From the IMG/VR virus record IMGVR_UViG_3300030419_005541, positions 1 through 64,000 of that record: DNA of 64,000 bases; one strand, written 5' to 3'. Below the pieces are notes generated by a model that saw nothing but the letters and a program-made list of their open reading frames with translations, searched no databases and was not told the DNA's origin. Shown piece by piece: positions 18,573 to 28,139 of this stretch. Made by a program: the position numbers and the translations under genes. The stretch comes from a virus. Each line of letters opens with the position of its first letter. The first letter of the stretch is position 1.

Positions 18573-19076
18573 TTGTATCTTGTATGGTTACAGACACCTA
18601 ACGAAACTTTCAACGGTATGCCTGTATGTCCTTTTATCAAAAAAGATTTGGACAATGACGAAATACTATTTCTTGTACAAACTAAAAAAGATGAGTTTAT
18701 TGATTTAGTAAAGAAGTGGGATGAGTCAGGTAAAAAGACAGGTCTAATTATTCAAATGAATATGCCTCAGTATGGTGATAAAAGAAGAAAGTATCAAGTC
18801 TTACTGAATCGAAAAATAAAAAAAGTTTGGCCTAGGAGTGCTGACCAACCTAAAGTATTAGTATTTGACCCTACAGAAAATTGGAGTCTTGCTGATGTTG
18901 AGACACGAAAGAAAGCACCTACACTTTTGATTAATTTAGCAAGAAGAAAAGATTTGGCTGATGCACATAAAACGTTAACTAAAACTAAATGGTATGACAA
19001 ACTCTCAAATGAAGATTTAAAACAATTAGCAATGGAACCTAAAGATGAACAAACTATACCTAGCGATAATAGCTAA
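18573..19076 (+). CDS. Hypothetical protein (PVCPF motif)
   Basis: 167 aa, start uncertain. Confidence 0.55.
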   Translation: MYLVWLQTPNETFNGMPVCPFIKKDLDNDEILFLVQTKKDEFIDLVKKWDESGKKTGLIIQMNMPQYGDKRRKYQVLLNRKIKKVWPRSADQPKVLVFDPTENWSLADVETRKKAPTLLINLARRKDLADAHKTLTKTKWYDKLSNEDLKQLAMEPKDEQTIPSDNS

Positions 19077-19386
19077 TTTCATAGCAAGTATACTTGCTTT
19101 CTTTCAATTACAAGGACACTACGTTTGGAAACAGCCTTGGTTAAAATCACTATGGTTTATTTATGTAACAAGTTTATTGATTGCACCATTATATTGGTAT
19201 TCTACTAAATGGTCATATGAACACTTCGGTGCGTTTTGGAATATGAGACTTGCCGGATTTGGAATTGGTACACTTACATTTGGTTTGTTGACTTGGTTCT
19301 TGATTGGAGAAGTTCCTACCTTAAAAACTGCTATAACACTTTTGTTAGCAGTATCGATTATATTAATTCAGATAACTAATTTATAA
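19045..19386 (+). CDS. Small 4-TM membrane protein (DMT/SMR-like)
   Basis: Four hydrophobic helices, LIGEVPTLK. Confidence 0.65.
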   Translation: MNKLYLAIIANFIASILAFFQLQGHYVWKQPWLKSLWFIYVTSLLIAPLYWYSTKWSYEHFGAFWNMRLAGFGIGTLTFGLLTWFLIGEVPTLKTAITLLLAVSIILIQITNL

Positions 19387-19424
19387 CTTGACTTGTAACA
19401 AATTATTTTGTAATTTATAACATT

Positions 19425-19934
19425 ATGAATTATAACTTTACAAATGATTGGACACATACACGCTACATAGATTCTCGTTTTAAAAAACGTTGTTTAGAAA
19501 TTGGTGCGTATGAAGGTCGTACAACTATTGAACTTGCAGATAAATATGAATTTGTAGATGTAGTTGACCCGTGGGAAGACTATTGGGATATTCCTGATGT
19601 ATCTAAAGCATATGATAGATTTAAATATAACACACAAAATTTTGACAACATTAATGTTTATAAAGATAAGAGTGAAAATGTTTTACCTAAATTAACAGAA
19701 AAATATGACTTGATTTATATTGACGGAGACCATAAATTAGACTCTGTTTATAATGACATCAAGATGAGTTGTAATCTATTAACAGAAGATGGTGTTATAG
19801 TTGTTGATGATTATGGAATATCAACTCATCCTGAAGTAAGAATAGCTGTTATTAGATGGTTAGAAGAAGATAATAATTTATACAATATACATTTTCAAAG
19901 TGATGATAGACAATGTTGTTTTAAATTTAAATGA
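19425..19934 (+). CDS. Class I SAM-dependent methyltransferase (Methyltransf_24-like)
   Basis: LEIGAYEGRTT, DLIYIDGDH, GVIVVDDY; promoter-like TTGACT at 19388. Confidence 0.9.
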   Translation: MNYNFTNDWTHTRYIDSRFKKRCLEIGAYEGRTTIELADKYEFVDVVDPWEDYWDIPDVSKAYDRFKYNTQNFDNINVYKDKSENVLPKLTEKYDLIYIDGDHKLDSVYNDIKMSCNLLTEDGVIVVDDYGISTHPEVRIAVIRWLEEDNNLYNIHFQSDDRQCCFKFK

Positions 19935-19947
19935 TATATTTATTAAT

Positions 19948-20169
19948 ATGAGAGATACAAAAATGAAAGCAAGACAATTTGCAAGTGGTGAAGAAAAAGC
20001 ACAACCATTAGATATGGGTTTGTTTAGATATGAATGTGAACACGTTTTAGGTATGGAAGATTTAGATGAAGATGAACTTTATATGTTAGCACGTTATTTA
20101 ATCGAACATTATTATCTTGTTCCTAAACGAGACAGAGGATATCTTAGATACTCTGTAACGGAGGCTTAA
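19948..20169 (+). CDS. Hypothetical protein
   Basis: ATG right after TATTTAT motif 19937. Confidence 0.55.
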   Translation: MRDTKMKARQFASGEEKAQPLDMGLFRYECEHVLGMEDLDEDELYMLARYLIEHYYLVPKRDRGYLRYSVTEA

Positions 20170-20170
20170 T

Positions 20171-20656
20171 ATGGGCGCAGATGTAATTGGTAGTGCAAGT
20201 AGAAATCTTCTCAAAGGAATACCTGAGATACAAGCTCCTATTACACAATTACTTCCTAATATCCAATCCGTTGCTTCTTCAGGTAATGTTGTTGGTGATG
20301 AGGCACAACAAGTAACACAAACATTAGTACCAGGATTCTTTACTCTACAAGCTAACAAATGTATTCCTTTAATTGTAGAATGTAACAAAGCATTATCAAA
20401 ACTTCCGCCTGTCACTCCACCATCAGCTAAGATACAAAGAAAATGGTTTACACAAATGAGGTCTGAATTACAAACATTACAGACACAAACATTTCCAACA
20501 TTAGAGACTAATATAAATACTTTCTATACGGTTCCTGAAGCCGCAACCAAATTAACTGCTCTAACAAATATAGTAGGTCAGCTACCAAGTATCATACAAA
20601 GTTTTGTCGTAATGACAGCTAATTTAGTAAAAACAAAAATGGCATTAAGAATATGA
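20171..20656 (+). CDS. Hypothetical helical protein
   Basis: SD GGAGG, 161 aa. Confidence 0.65.
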   Translation: MGADVIGSASRNLLKGIPEIQAPITQLLPNIQSVASSGNVVGDEAQQVTQTLVPGFFTLQANKCIPLIVECNKALSKLPPVTPPSAKIQRKWFTQMRSELQTLQTQTFPTLETNINTFYTVPEAATKLTALTNIVGQLPSIIQSFVVMTANLVKTKMALRI

Positions 20657-21165
20657 GAAATTGTAAATCTTGTGGTCAGTTCATTCCGAACGCACGTATT
20701 CATTTAGGTTATAAAGAATGTACAAAATGTTCTAAGGTAGAACAATACTCTGCACACGTAGTGTATCCTCATAAAACAGGAGGCTATGTACAACCTGTAA
20801 CAAAAGAAACTAAAGAAAGTCTACAAGGATTAGATAGACGTTCAGTAAAGAAAGGTAAGGTTGGTCGTTCAACATCATCTTGGGATAGATGGTTAAAACA
20901 ATTTGAAGAGAACAAGACTACACCTAAGCCTACAAGAAAATTACATTCTACACAAACATTTAACTATTTATTATTAGAGGACGCAACAAATCAAGTAATG
21001 GATGTTTACGAAAGTCTTGGATACTATAAGGCCGTAGACAAGATTAATGAGTTGTATGGCCAAGAGAAAATTAGTTTAATGATGAAGAGTAATATAAATA
21101 ATAAACTTGTTGAATGGCAAATGATGACAAGTAAACAACGCAAATGGCAGAGGAAACTAAAATGA
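20653..21165 (+). CDS. Zinc-finger protein (DksA/TraR-like C4 N-terminus)
   Basis: CKSCGQFIPNAR...CTKC. Confidence 0.6.
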   Translation: MRNCKSCGQFIPNARIHLGYKECTKCSKVEQYSAHVVYPHKTGGYVQPVTKETKESLQGLDRRSVKKGKVGRSTSSWDRWLKQFEENKTTPKPTRKLHSTQTFNYLLLEDATNQVMDVYESLGYYKAVDKINELYGQEKISLMMKSNINNKLVEWQMMTSKQRKWQRKLK

Positions 21166-21440
21166 AACAGATATTAAAAAATCTCAAAGACGTAGTTGAT
21201 AGAAGAGATAAACTACATAAACAAGGAAAAGCATTTCATCCTGATACACCAAAAGATTTACAAGTAGCAATCGATACATTTTTTGTACATTGTAAAAATA
21301 TGATTGAATACGATTTAGATTTTATACCAGGTGAAGCACTTGCAGATTTGTGTGAAGTGTTAGCTAAATATCCTAAGTATCATCATATTGCCGGAGACTT
21401 GGTAGAGACTTTGAACAATGATTATAATATGAACGTGTGA
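21144..21440 (+). CDS. Hypothetical protein
   Basis: 98-aa ORF (start may be 21162). Confidence 0.55.
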   Translation: MAEETKMKQILKNLKDVVDRRDKLHKQGKAFHPDTPKDLQVAIDTFFVHCKNMIEYDLDFIPGEALADLCEVLAKYPKYHHIAGDLVETLNNDYNMNV

Positions 21441-21591
21441 TGAAGTGGACTATTACAACATCATATAACATACCAATTAACTATGAAAGACAAAAGAACA
21501 AGAAAAGAAAAGTTAAAGAGTTACAAGCCGACAATGGCCGAGTTACCTATACCTACTACGAAAGTTCATAAAAACAAAAAGAGAAAAAGCC

Positions 21592-21915
21592 GTGCCAAGG
21601 AAAAAGAAATACTTGCCAAAGAACTTAAGCAAGTTCTACGTGAAGACTTCTGATAGGAATGACCATTTTGAAGATTGGAGACCATTTAAAGATGACCCTG
21701 TAGCAAGATTATTCACTTGGGAAGATTGTTGTTTTCGTAAGATGAAAGATGGTTGGATGTTCTTATGGCAACCTCCCGGTAATCAATACTCTAAAGGTTT
21801 TGCAGGATACGATAAAGTAGAAGCATTTGATAAAATGGTTGATTGGTTAGACCACAGAAGAAGACAAGCATTTAAAGAATTAGAAAAGGGCAAGTTACGA
21901 TTATCTAATGTATGA
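21592..21915 (+). CDS. Hypothetical protein
   Basis: 107-aa ORF overlapping the next start. Confidence 0.55.
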   Translation: MPRKKKYLPKNLSKFYVKTSDRNDHFEDWRPFKDDPVARLFTWEDCCFRKMKDGWMFLWQPPGNQYSKGFAGYDKVEAFDKMVDWLDHRRRQAFKELEKGKLRLSNV

Positions 21916-23602
21916 TTTAAGATATTTAAGACAAATAGATGTTAACCTAACAGACCTGTGTAATAAAACTTGTAGTTTCTGTCCAAGACATAGTCCTGAA
22001 GTTTATCCAAATAATAATCAACATATGACACTTGATTTATTTGAGAAGATAATTAACGAGTGTCTTGATATAGGTTTCAAAGCAGATATACTTCTTTGTG
22101 GTAGAGGAGAACCTGCTACACATAGAGAATATAAAAAAGTACTTGAGTTATTACACCATCCTGACCGAACTTGGAAAACTTGCTTAACTACTAATGGATA
22201 TAAATTTGAAGAGTATTGGGATTTCTATACTAACAATTTTGATAGTATTATTTTAAACACATATTCTACAAAAGAAGAGTATGATGAAAGAGTTGAAAAA
22301 TATGGATGGAAATTAAATACTTCAGGTAAGCAAGGTGAAAAACTACATAACATAAATAATCTTGAACATTATTATAAACCTGATTTACACGAAGATGGAA
22401 CTGCTGTTAGTGTCAAAGATGTGAATGAAGCAGAGTTTGGTTCACCATACAAAGGATTTAAATTACCATCATCTGATTCTACTTGGAAACTTTCTTTTAA
22501 TAGTAGATGCGGTTTACAAGATGAAGTAAAAGAAAATCCTTATGTACGTTGGGGATGTACACACGCTCTTGATTTTTTATTTTTAAATTTTGATGGTAAG
22601 ATTCATATGTGTTGTAATGATTGGGGCGATGGTGGTGGAAAAAATCAAACCGTAGTAGGTGACTTTACAAAAAATAATATCTTTCAACAATACAGGAGAA
22701 GTAAAAAACGTGCTAAGATAAATCACGCATTACTTAATGGAAGAAGACATTTGATTGAAGCTTGTTCTAAATGTGATGTACATAATAAAAAAGAAGATAA
22801 ATTAGCTAAAAAATTAATCAGAGAAAAAGACCCTATGTTAGCTAACTACTTAGGGAAACTTATGATGAGTAAAGAACCTTATTTTAGAAACGAAAGAGAT
22901 TTAGAGTTTATTGATAGAAAAGAAAACGAATCTAAAAAAGATAAGACAATCGTATTGTGGTCAGGCGGATGTGATTCTACTGCCGCTCTGTATAAAGTGT
23001 TAAAAGATTATGATGATGAAGTTATTGCACATCATATAAATTTTAAGAATTGGGAAAACAGATGGGAAGTAGAAAAAGAACGTATAGATAAAATGCTTCC
23101 TTGGTTAAGAAAAAATGTTAGAGATTTTAAATATTCAGAATCTTCTATCGAGATGGATTTGAATAACGTTGGTTGGGATATTCATCACGCTATGTATATG
23201 AGTGGTGTTGTGATTGCTAATGAAAAAAAAGATAATCGATATGAAGGTGATTATGGAAGTACTCAATATAAAAGATACAAATTAATTTTAGGAATACATA
23301 AAGACGAATTTAATTTAGAGAAATGGGATGCTTGGAGATTAAATTCTTCACAGATGTTATCGATGATGGGAAATTTAAAAAACCCACAAGAGTCTCAAGA
23401 CATACCTTATATTTGGCAAATATTTACAAAATACTCTAAAGAAGAAGTATGGAATATACTTCCTGAGTTTTTACAGAAAAACGTATGGGCTTGTCGTAGA
23501 CCACTTAAAGAAGACACTACTTGGATTGAATGTGGTGAGTGTGTAGCCTGTAAAGAAATAAATAAAATAAGAGAACCAAATGTTAAAAGTAATCGGACAT
23601 AG
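21908..23602 (+). CDS. Radical SAM-SPASM / QueC-like PP-loop fusion protein
   Basis: CNKTCSFC, GRGEP, SPASM C..DGKIHMCCNDW..CSKC; then SGGCDS PP-loop and C-terminal C..CGECVAC Zn site. Confidence 0.85.
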   Translation: MYDLRYLRQIDVNLTDLCNKTCSFCPRHSPEVYPNNNQHMTLDLFEKIINECLDIGFKADILLCGRGEPATHREYKKVLELLHHPDRTWKTCLTTNGYKFEEYWDFYTNNFDSIILNTYSTKEEYDERVEKYGWKLNTSGKQGEKLHNINNLEHYYKPDLHEDGTAVSVKDVNEAEFGSPYKGFKLPSSDSTWKLSFNSRCGLQDEVKENPYVRWGCTHALDFLFLNFDGKIHMCCNDWGDGGGKNQTVVGDFTKNNIFQQYRRSKKRAKINHALLNGRRHLIEACSKCDVHNKKEDKLAKKLIREKDPMLANYLGKLMMSKEPYFRNERDLEFIDRKENESKKDKTIVLWSGGCDSTAALYKVLKDYDDEVIAHHINFKNWENRWEVEKERIDKMLPWLRKNVRDFKYSESSIEMDLNNVGWDIHHAMYMSGVVIANEKKDNRYEGDYGSTQYKRYKLILGIHKDEFNLEKWDAWRLNSSQMLSMMGNLKNPQESQDIPYIWQIFTKYSKEEVWNILPEFLQKNVWACRRPLKEDTTWIECGECVACKEINKIREPNVKSNRT

Positions 23603-23807
23603 AATTCCTCCTGGAGACAGATGGCAACTTGAAACCGTTGACGGACACGTTTATAATTCACTTACAGAAGCATTGAATGAAGTTTATAAACAATTTCAAT
23701 GTACTGAATTTATTATGAACGCCGCGAAAGGCACGATAGAAATTGACGATGGAAAAGAAGCTCCACCTGAACCTCCAAAAACTTGGGATTTATACGGCGA
23801 GAAGTAA
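23580..23807 (+). CDS. Hypothetical protein
   Basis: 75-aa ORF. Confidence 0.6.
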   Translation: MLKVIGHRIPPGDRWQLETVDGHVYNSLTEALNEVYKQFQCTEFIMNAAKGTIEIDDGKEAPPEPPKTWDLYGEK

Positions 23808-23872
23808 GTATATATCATATTTATAATTGAATGGTTATGTTAAGGTCTTAACTAACCTAAGGAGATTATGAT

Positions 23873-24706
23873 ATGGCACGAGCCGCAAAACACAAAGTAA
23901 AGACCATCACTCAGGTTAAATCTGAACAACCTTGTCAGAATAAACGCCAGGCCCTTTCACAGATAAGAAGAATCAAGTGGAACATAGATTTTCGAAGTGA
24001 AAATCAACATCACTTTTGGAAAACTATTGATACTAATGATATAACTTTTTGTGCAGGACCTGCGGGGTGTGGTAAAACGTTTATATCAGTATACTACGCA
24101 TTACAAATGTTAGCTCAAAAGAAATTTGAGTCTATCATTTTAACTAAGCCTTTAGTCGAGGCAGGAGGTGAAAAACTCGGCTTCTTACCCGGTGATGTCG
24201 ATGAAAAGACAGAACCATTTATGATGTCTTTCTATTATAATATGGAACAGATAATTGGTAAACAGAGATTAGATGTTCTAAGAAATTCAGGTGTAATCAA
24301 AGTTATACCTTTAGCTTATATGCGTGGATTGACATTAACAAACACTTGTGTAATTCTTGACGAAGCACAGAATACGTTACCAATTCAAATTAAGACCTTT
24401 TTAACACGTATCGGTCAAGGTAGTAAGTTTATTGTTAATGGTGATTTATTACAAACAGACATTCATCACGAAAATGGTTTAGAAGATTCGATAAAAAGAT
24501 TAGCAGGAGTTAGAGGACTCGGTATGAGTCGATTTACTTCTGAAGATATTGTAAGGCATCCTATTGTTGGAGATGTACTTGCAAGATACGCACCTGATTG
24601 GAAAGTATCACACGAATCAGCTGAAACAACTATGTCTAATTACATTGAGAACGGACAAGCATTTGCTCTTAAAGTACGTGAGAAAATAAACAAATATTAT
24701 AATTAG
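23873..24706 (+). CDS. phoH: PhoH-family ATPase
   Basis: GPAGCGKT, LGFLPGD..EK, PLAYMRG.T, LDEAQN, TRIG, GD..QTD, DIVRH. Confidence 0.95.
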   Translation: MARAAKHKVKTITQVKSEQPCQNKRQALSQIRRIKWNIDFRSENQHHFWKTIDTNDITFCAGPAGCGKTFISVYYALQMLAQKKFESIILTKPLVEAGGEKLGFLPGDVDEKTEPFMMSFYYNMEQIIGKQRLDVLRNSGVIKVIPLAYMRGLTLTNTCVILDEAQNTLPIQIKTFLTRIGQGSKFIVNGDLLQTDIHHENGLEDSIKRLAGVRGLGMSRFTSEDIVRHPIVGDVLARYAPDWKVSHESAETTMSNYIENGQAFALKVREKINKYYN

Positions 24707-24712
24707 ATATAT

Positions 24713-25078
24713 ATGGTAGAAGTAGCAGGTATATTAATTCATTACAAAGATGAAGTCCTTTTATTCAAACGTTCTAACAAAGTACGTTATAACGGAAATT
24801 GGAGTGTGGCAGGAGGTCATATTGAAATGAATGAATCCGCAGAAGGCGCGGCTAAGCGTGAAGTCTTTGAAGAAACATTGCTTATGATTTCAGGACCTAT
24901 AGAAGAAGTAGGTATCTATGATGACAGATATGCATTATTCTCAAAAGAACTTGATTCTAAAGTAGAACCTGTTATTGATGAAGAACACGATGATTGGGGA
25001 TGGTTTAACAAAAGTAATTTACCATCCCCAACCGCATCTTTCGTTAAAGAAGCTATAGGAGAAATTTATGCCGAGTAA
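24713..25078 (+). CDS. Nudix hydrolase
   Basis: Nudix box GGHIEMNESAEGAAKREVFEET; EHDDWGW. Confidence 0.9.
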   Translation: MVEVAGILIHYKDEVLLFKRSNKVRYNGNWSVAGGHIEMNESAEGAAKREVFEETLLMISGPIEEVGIYDDRYALFSKELDSKVEPVIDEEHDDWGWFNKSNLPSPTASFVKEAIGEIYAE

Positions 25079-25376
25079 GAGTGTAGATGAAAAAGTTATA
25101 GACCAAAAACATTATATAAATTCTAAATTAGTAGAGATTATGGAATACAGACAATCACGAAAGTGGTATGTTAGTATTGCTGTAGTAGGGTTGTTTTCTT
25201 TTATATTGGCATTGATGATTTTCTTTATGGCTCAAGGTAAAGATGTAACTGAGGGTTGGAAAGAAATACTATTGTTGATGTTAGGCGGATTTGTAGGTTC
25301 ATTTGCTAAAGTAATTGATTTTTGGTTTAACAATCAAGAGAACGATAATAAATTATTAGAACACGCTGACGATTAA
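25068..25376 (+). CDS. Two-TM membrane protein (holin-like)
   Basis: Two TMs, KEILLLMLGGFVGSFAKVIDFWF. Confidence 0.55.
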   Translation: MPSKSVDEKVIDQKHYINSKLVEIMEYRQSRKWYVSIAVVGLFSFILALMIFFMAQGKDVTEGWKEILLLMLGGFVGSFAKVIDFWFNNQENDNKLLEHADD

Positions 25377-25428
25377 TCTTTCTGATTATCTTTATATTTA
25401 TAATTGTATAACTAACTTGGAGATGACA

Positions 25429-25470
25429 ATGTGTGATTGTTGTGATTGCTGTAATTGTTGCTGTAAATAG
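25429..25470 (+). CDS. Cys-rich micropeptide MCDCCDCCNCCCK
   Basis: TATTTATA motif 25395, SD GGAG 25419-25422 six nt upstream, 8 Cys in 13 aa; its stop overlaps the SD of the next gene. Confidence 0.5.
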   Translation: MCDCCDCCNCCCK

Positions 25471-25479
25471 GAGAAACAG

Positions 25480-26778
25480 ATGTTAAAGAAAATATTATTA
25501 GGATTAATCCTAACTTCATCTTTGTTCGCAGAGAATGAGATATGGAAGTTTTTTAAATACTCAACTGCTTATGGTAGTTTTAGTTTAAATGCACCACGTC
25601 ACCAAGACGATAGATTTGCTATTGTTGGAGGATTATCCTCAGGTATTCTACAAGTAGAAAGAACAGAAAGAGAGTTAAAACCTGATTTTCAAACATCATT
25701 TGGTTTAAGAAAGATTGGTAGATTTCAATACGAACCAAAACGAGGTGTACGAAATGCAGGTAAAGGCGGTAAGTGGTATGATGGTTCTGAACAAAACGCT
25801 AACGAGAGTGCTACATTCGGTCCTGTAAAAGGTTGGGAATATTTAATTAAATTTTCAGAAGGTCGTCAATGGGGCAACGAATATGTAAATCAAGAATATT
25901 GGGTACGATATATTGGTGAATGGGCGATGGCTAAAGTTGGTATGACAGAATTAGGTCTTGAAGATATTAGTTACGTACACGGAGATTTAAGATTACATCT
26001 TACACCTGAAGTTTTAAATGAGAAATTACATTTCAGTATAGGTTTGAAACATAGACAACATCCTGTATACGGATTTGATGCTATGGTTCTTGATACTACT
26101 TGGTATAAAGGACAATGGTGGAACTTTGCTGAAGATGCTTTTGGTATTGATGACAATATGTGGTTTGATTCAACTATGGTTGACCCTGACTCACCGACAG
26201 GTTGGGATAGTAGAACACTTTATGAAGTAGACCCTGTAACAGGTGAACTTAGAGAGATAGAAGGTTCAGGTCCATTTTGGAATGAAGGTGGAGAGTATTG
26301 GGGTCACGATTGGTTATGGAGAGATGTTGATGGTAGAATATTTGCTTACACAGATAGAGAATACTTTATATATCACTTTCCAAGAATGTTAGAAAAATAT
26401 ATTAATGGTAAGAAAAATGATTTAGGATATCAAGGTGAAACATCAATCGTATTAGGAATAGATTGGTATCATTATGATGAGGCTTGGTGGTTACACGCTT
26501 GGGGTAATTGGTTACCATATCATTATGGTCATACTGATTATGCTTATCACAATGCCGCACATTATGCGACACATTTAGAAGAGGGTGGTGAACCATCTGA
26601 TTTTATGTTTATGGAACCAATGTGGCATAGTTGGAATGATTATGATTTTGGTGCTATCTTTGGTGTAAAGATTAAAGATAACTTAGGTGTCTTTACAGAA
26701 GGTAGATATTTAAACTATTGGGAAAGACCAGCTTATGATATTAAGTTTGGTATGAACTATCAATTTGTGGGGTGGTAA
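25480..26778 (+). CDS. Putative outer-membrane beta-barrel protein
   Basis: Signal peptide (LTSSLFA), aromatic-rich strands, C-terminal YDIKFGMNYQF beta-signal-like strand. Confidence 0.65.
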   Translation: MLKKILLGLILTSSLFAENEIWKFFKYSTAYGSFSLNAPRHQDDRFAIVGGLSSGILQVERTERELKPDFQTSFGLRKIGRFQYEPKRGVRNAGKGGKWYDGSEQNANESATFGPVKGWEYLIKFSEGRQWGNEYVNQEYWVRYIGEWAMAKVGMTELGLEDISYVHGDLRLHLTPEVLNEKLHFSIGLKHRQHPVYGFDAMVLDTTWYKGQWWNFAEDAFGIDDNMWFDSTMVDPDSPTGWDSRTLYEVDPVTGELREIEGSGPFWNEGGEYWGHDWLWRDVDGRIFAYTDREYFIYHFPRMLEKYINGKKNDLGYQGETSIVLGIDWYHYDEAWWLHAWGNWLPYHYGHTDYAYHNAAHYATHLEEGGEPSDFMFMEPMWHSWNDYDFGAIFGVKIKDNLGVFTEGRYLNYWERPAYDIKFGMNYQFVGW

Positions 26779-26779
26779 G

Positions 26780-26974
26780 ATGCCAGGATTAGAAGATATG
26801 ATAAACAAAAGTATGTTTAATAAAGGTGCCGGTAAGAAACAGAAAAAAGTTACTTTTGGTAAAGGTACTTTTAAAAACATAGAACAAGCTTATAATAAAG
26901 ATACATCATCTACTAATAAGCCAAATCAGATTTGGTGGGATGACGATGATGATGTTCAATTTGACGAAGATTAA
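26780..26974 (+). CDS. Hypothetical protein
   Basis: Short ORF, acidic C-terminus. Confidence 0.5.
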   Translation: MPGLEDMINKSMFNKGAGKKQKKVTFGKGTFKNIEQAYNKDTSSTNKPNQIWWDDDDDVQFDED

Positions 26975-27006
26975 ATTTTATTAATAGACAACGCAAGGAG
27001 CGAATA

Positions 27007-27201
27007 ATGAAATCAATACTAACAGGAATACTTTCACTTTTTATTTTCTTTGGTGCTGTTCCTACTGCTAATGCTTCAGATATGAATATGGCAGGAATGG
27101 AAGAAGTTAAGAAGAAGAAAAAGAAGAAAGGTAAAAAACTTTCTGAAAAAGGTAAAAAGAAGAAAAAGGGTTTCTTCTCAAAAGTCTTTGGAAGTAAGTA
27201 G
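27007..27201 (+). CDS. Secreted poly-Lys cationic peptide 1
   Basis: SD AAGGAG, signal peptide (ANA), AGMEEVKKKKKKK. Confidence 0.7.
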   Translation: MKSILTGILSLFIFFGAVPTANASDMNMAGMEEVKKKKKKKGKKLSEKGKKKKKGFFSKVFGSK

Positions 27202-27212
27202 AAAGGCAATAA

Positions 27213-27419
27213 ATGAAGAACATATTCAGATTATTACTCGCATCTTTTATTCTAATTGGTTCAGTTCCTACACTACAAGCAGATAGTTCTGCAGGTATGG
27301 AAGAAATCAAAAAGAAGAAAAAGAAAAATAAAAACAAGAAGTCCAAAGCCGGTAAAGGTAAAAAAGGCGGATGGGGTAAATGGAAGTCTAAATGGAAGAA
27401 GAGTAAGAAAAGTGAATAA
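27213..27419 (+). CDS. Secreted poly-Lys cationic peptide 2 (paralog)
   Basis: Signal peptide (LQA), AGMEEIKKKKKK. Confidence 0.7.
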   Translation: MKNIFRLLLASFILIGSVPTLQADSSAGMEEIKKKKKKNKNKKSKAGKGKKGGWGKWKSKWKKSKKSE

Positions 27420-27705
27420 TCCGATAGCAAAGTTTTATCAATGGCAAGTCGCATCAGGCGCCTTGGATGGATGGACATCTTACCATTTAGCCGCAGGTTT
27501 GTTTATAGCAAAAGTAGCGCAGTGGTTAGGTGCTTCTGATTTTTGGGCCGTGATGTGGGTTGCCATTATCGGAGTAGCTTGGGAAATATTTGAAGTGTAT
27601 GTTGAAGGCATGGAAGAAACTTATGGCACACGAAAGAAGTGGGCTTGGAACACAGGTACTGATATATTTGTTGAAGTAGCCGCAGCATGGTGGATGGTAT
27701 TATGA
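27412..27705 (+). CDS. Membrane protein (H...WE..E...D motif)
   Basis: Likely GTG start at 27412; WTSYHLAAG, VAWEIFE, NTGTD. Confidence 0.6.
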   Translation: MNNPIAKFYQWQVASGALDGWTSYHLAAGLFIAKVAQWLGASDFWAVMWVAIIGVAWEIFEVYVEGMEETYGTRKKWAWNTGTDIFVEVAAAWWMVL

Positions 27706-28139
27706 TACTACAAATTTTATTTTGTTTACTGATAATCTTATATTGGTTTAGTGAAGGTGTAACTGAAGGTTGGACTTGGTCTACTAAAAAGAGAAAAGAA
27801 ACCAATAAACTTATACATCCTAACAATCATAAGAACGGGATATTTGATTATCATATGTGGAGAATTTTAGAGAACGTTGGTATATGGGGTGCTGTAATTG
27901 TAGCATTTCTTATGGAAGGTTCTTTTGAAAAGTTCTTTTGGTTAGGTGTTGGTAGTTGGTTCATAGGAACATTTTGTTATGAAGCGGCGTTGAATCACGT
28001 AAACAAAGGAACGATTTATAAACCAATAGATTACAAATGGCACATCTTGGGATATGATATCCCTTGGTGGGGAGGAAAAAAGATATTCATTTTACCTGCT
28101 ACAGGATTAGCAGTATTGATTTATGGAGTTTTAATATGA
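27702..28139 (+). CDS. Multi-TM membrane protein
   Basis: ATGA overlap; four hydrophobic segments. Confidence 0.6.
   Translation: MILQILFCLLIILYWFSEGVTEGWTWSTKKRKETNKLIHPNNHKNGIFDYHMWRILENVGIWGAVIVAFLMEGSFEKFFWLGVGSWFIGTFCYEAALNHVNKGTIYKPIDYKWHILGYDIPWWGGKKIFILPATGLAVLIYGVLI

Noticed and set aside
22940-23602. Canonical queC
   Set aside because: PP-loop and Zn cysteines are present, but the VPxRN and YPDC substrate motifs are not, and the domain is fused to a radical SAM
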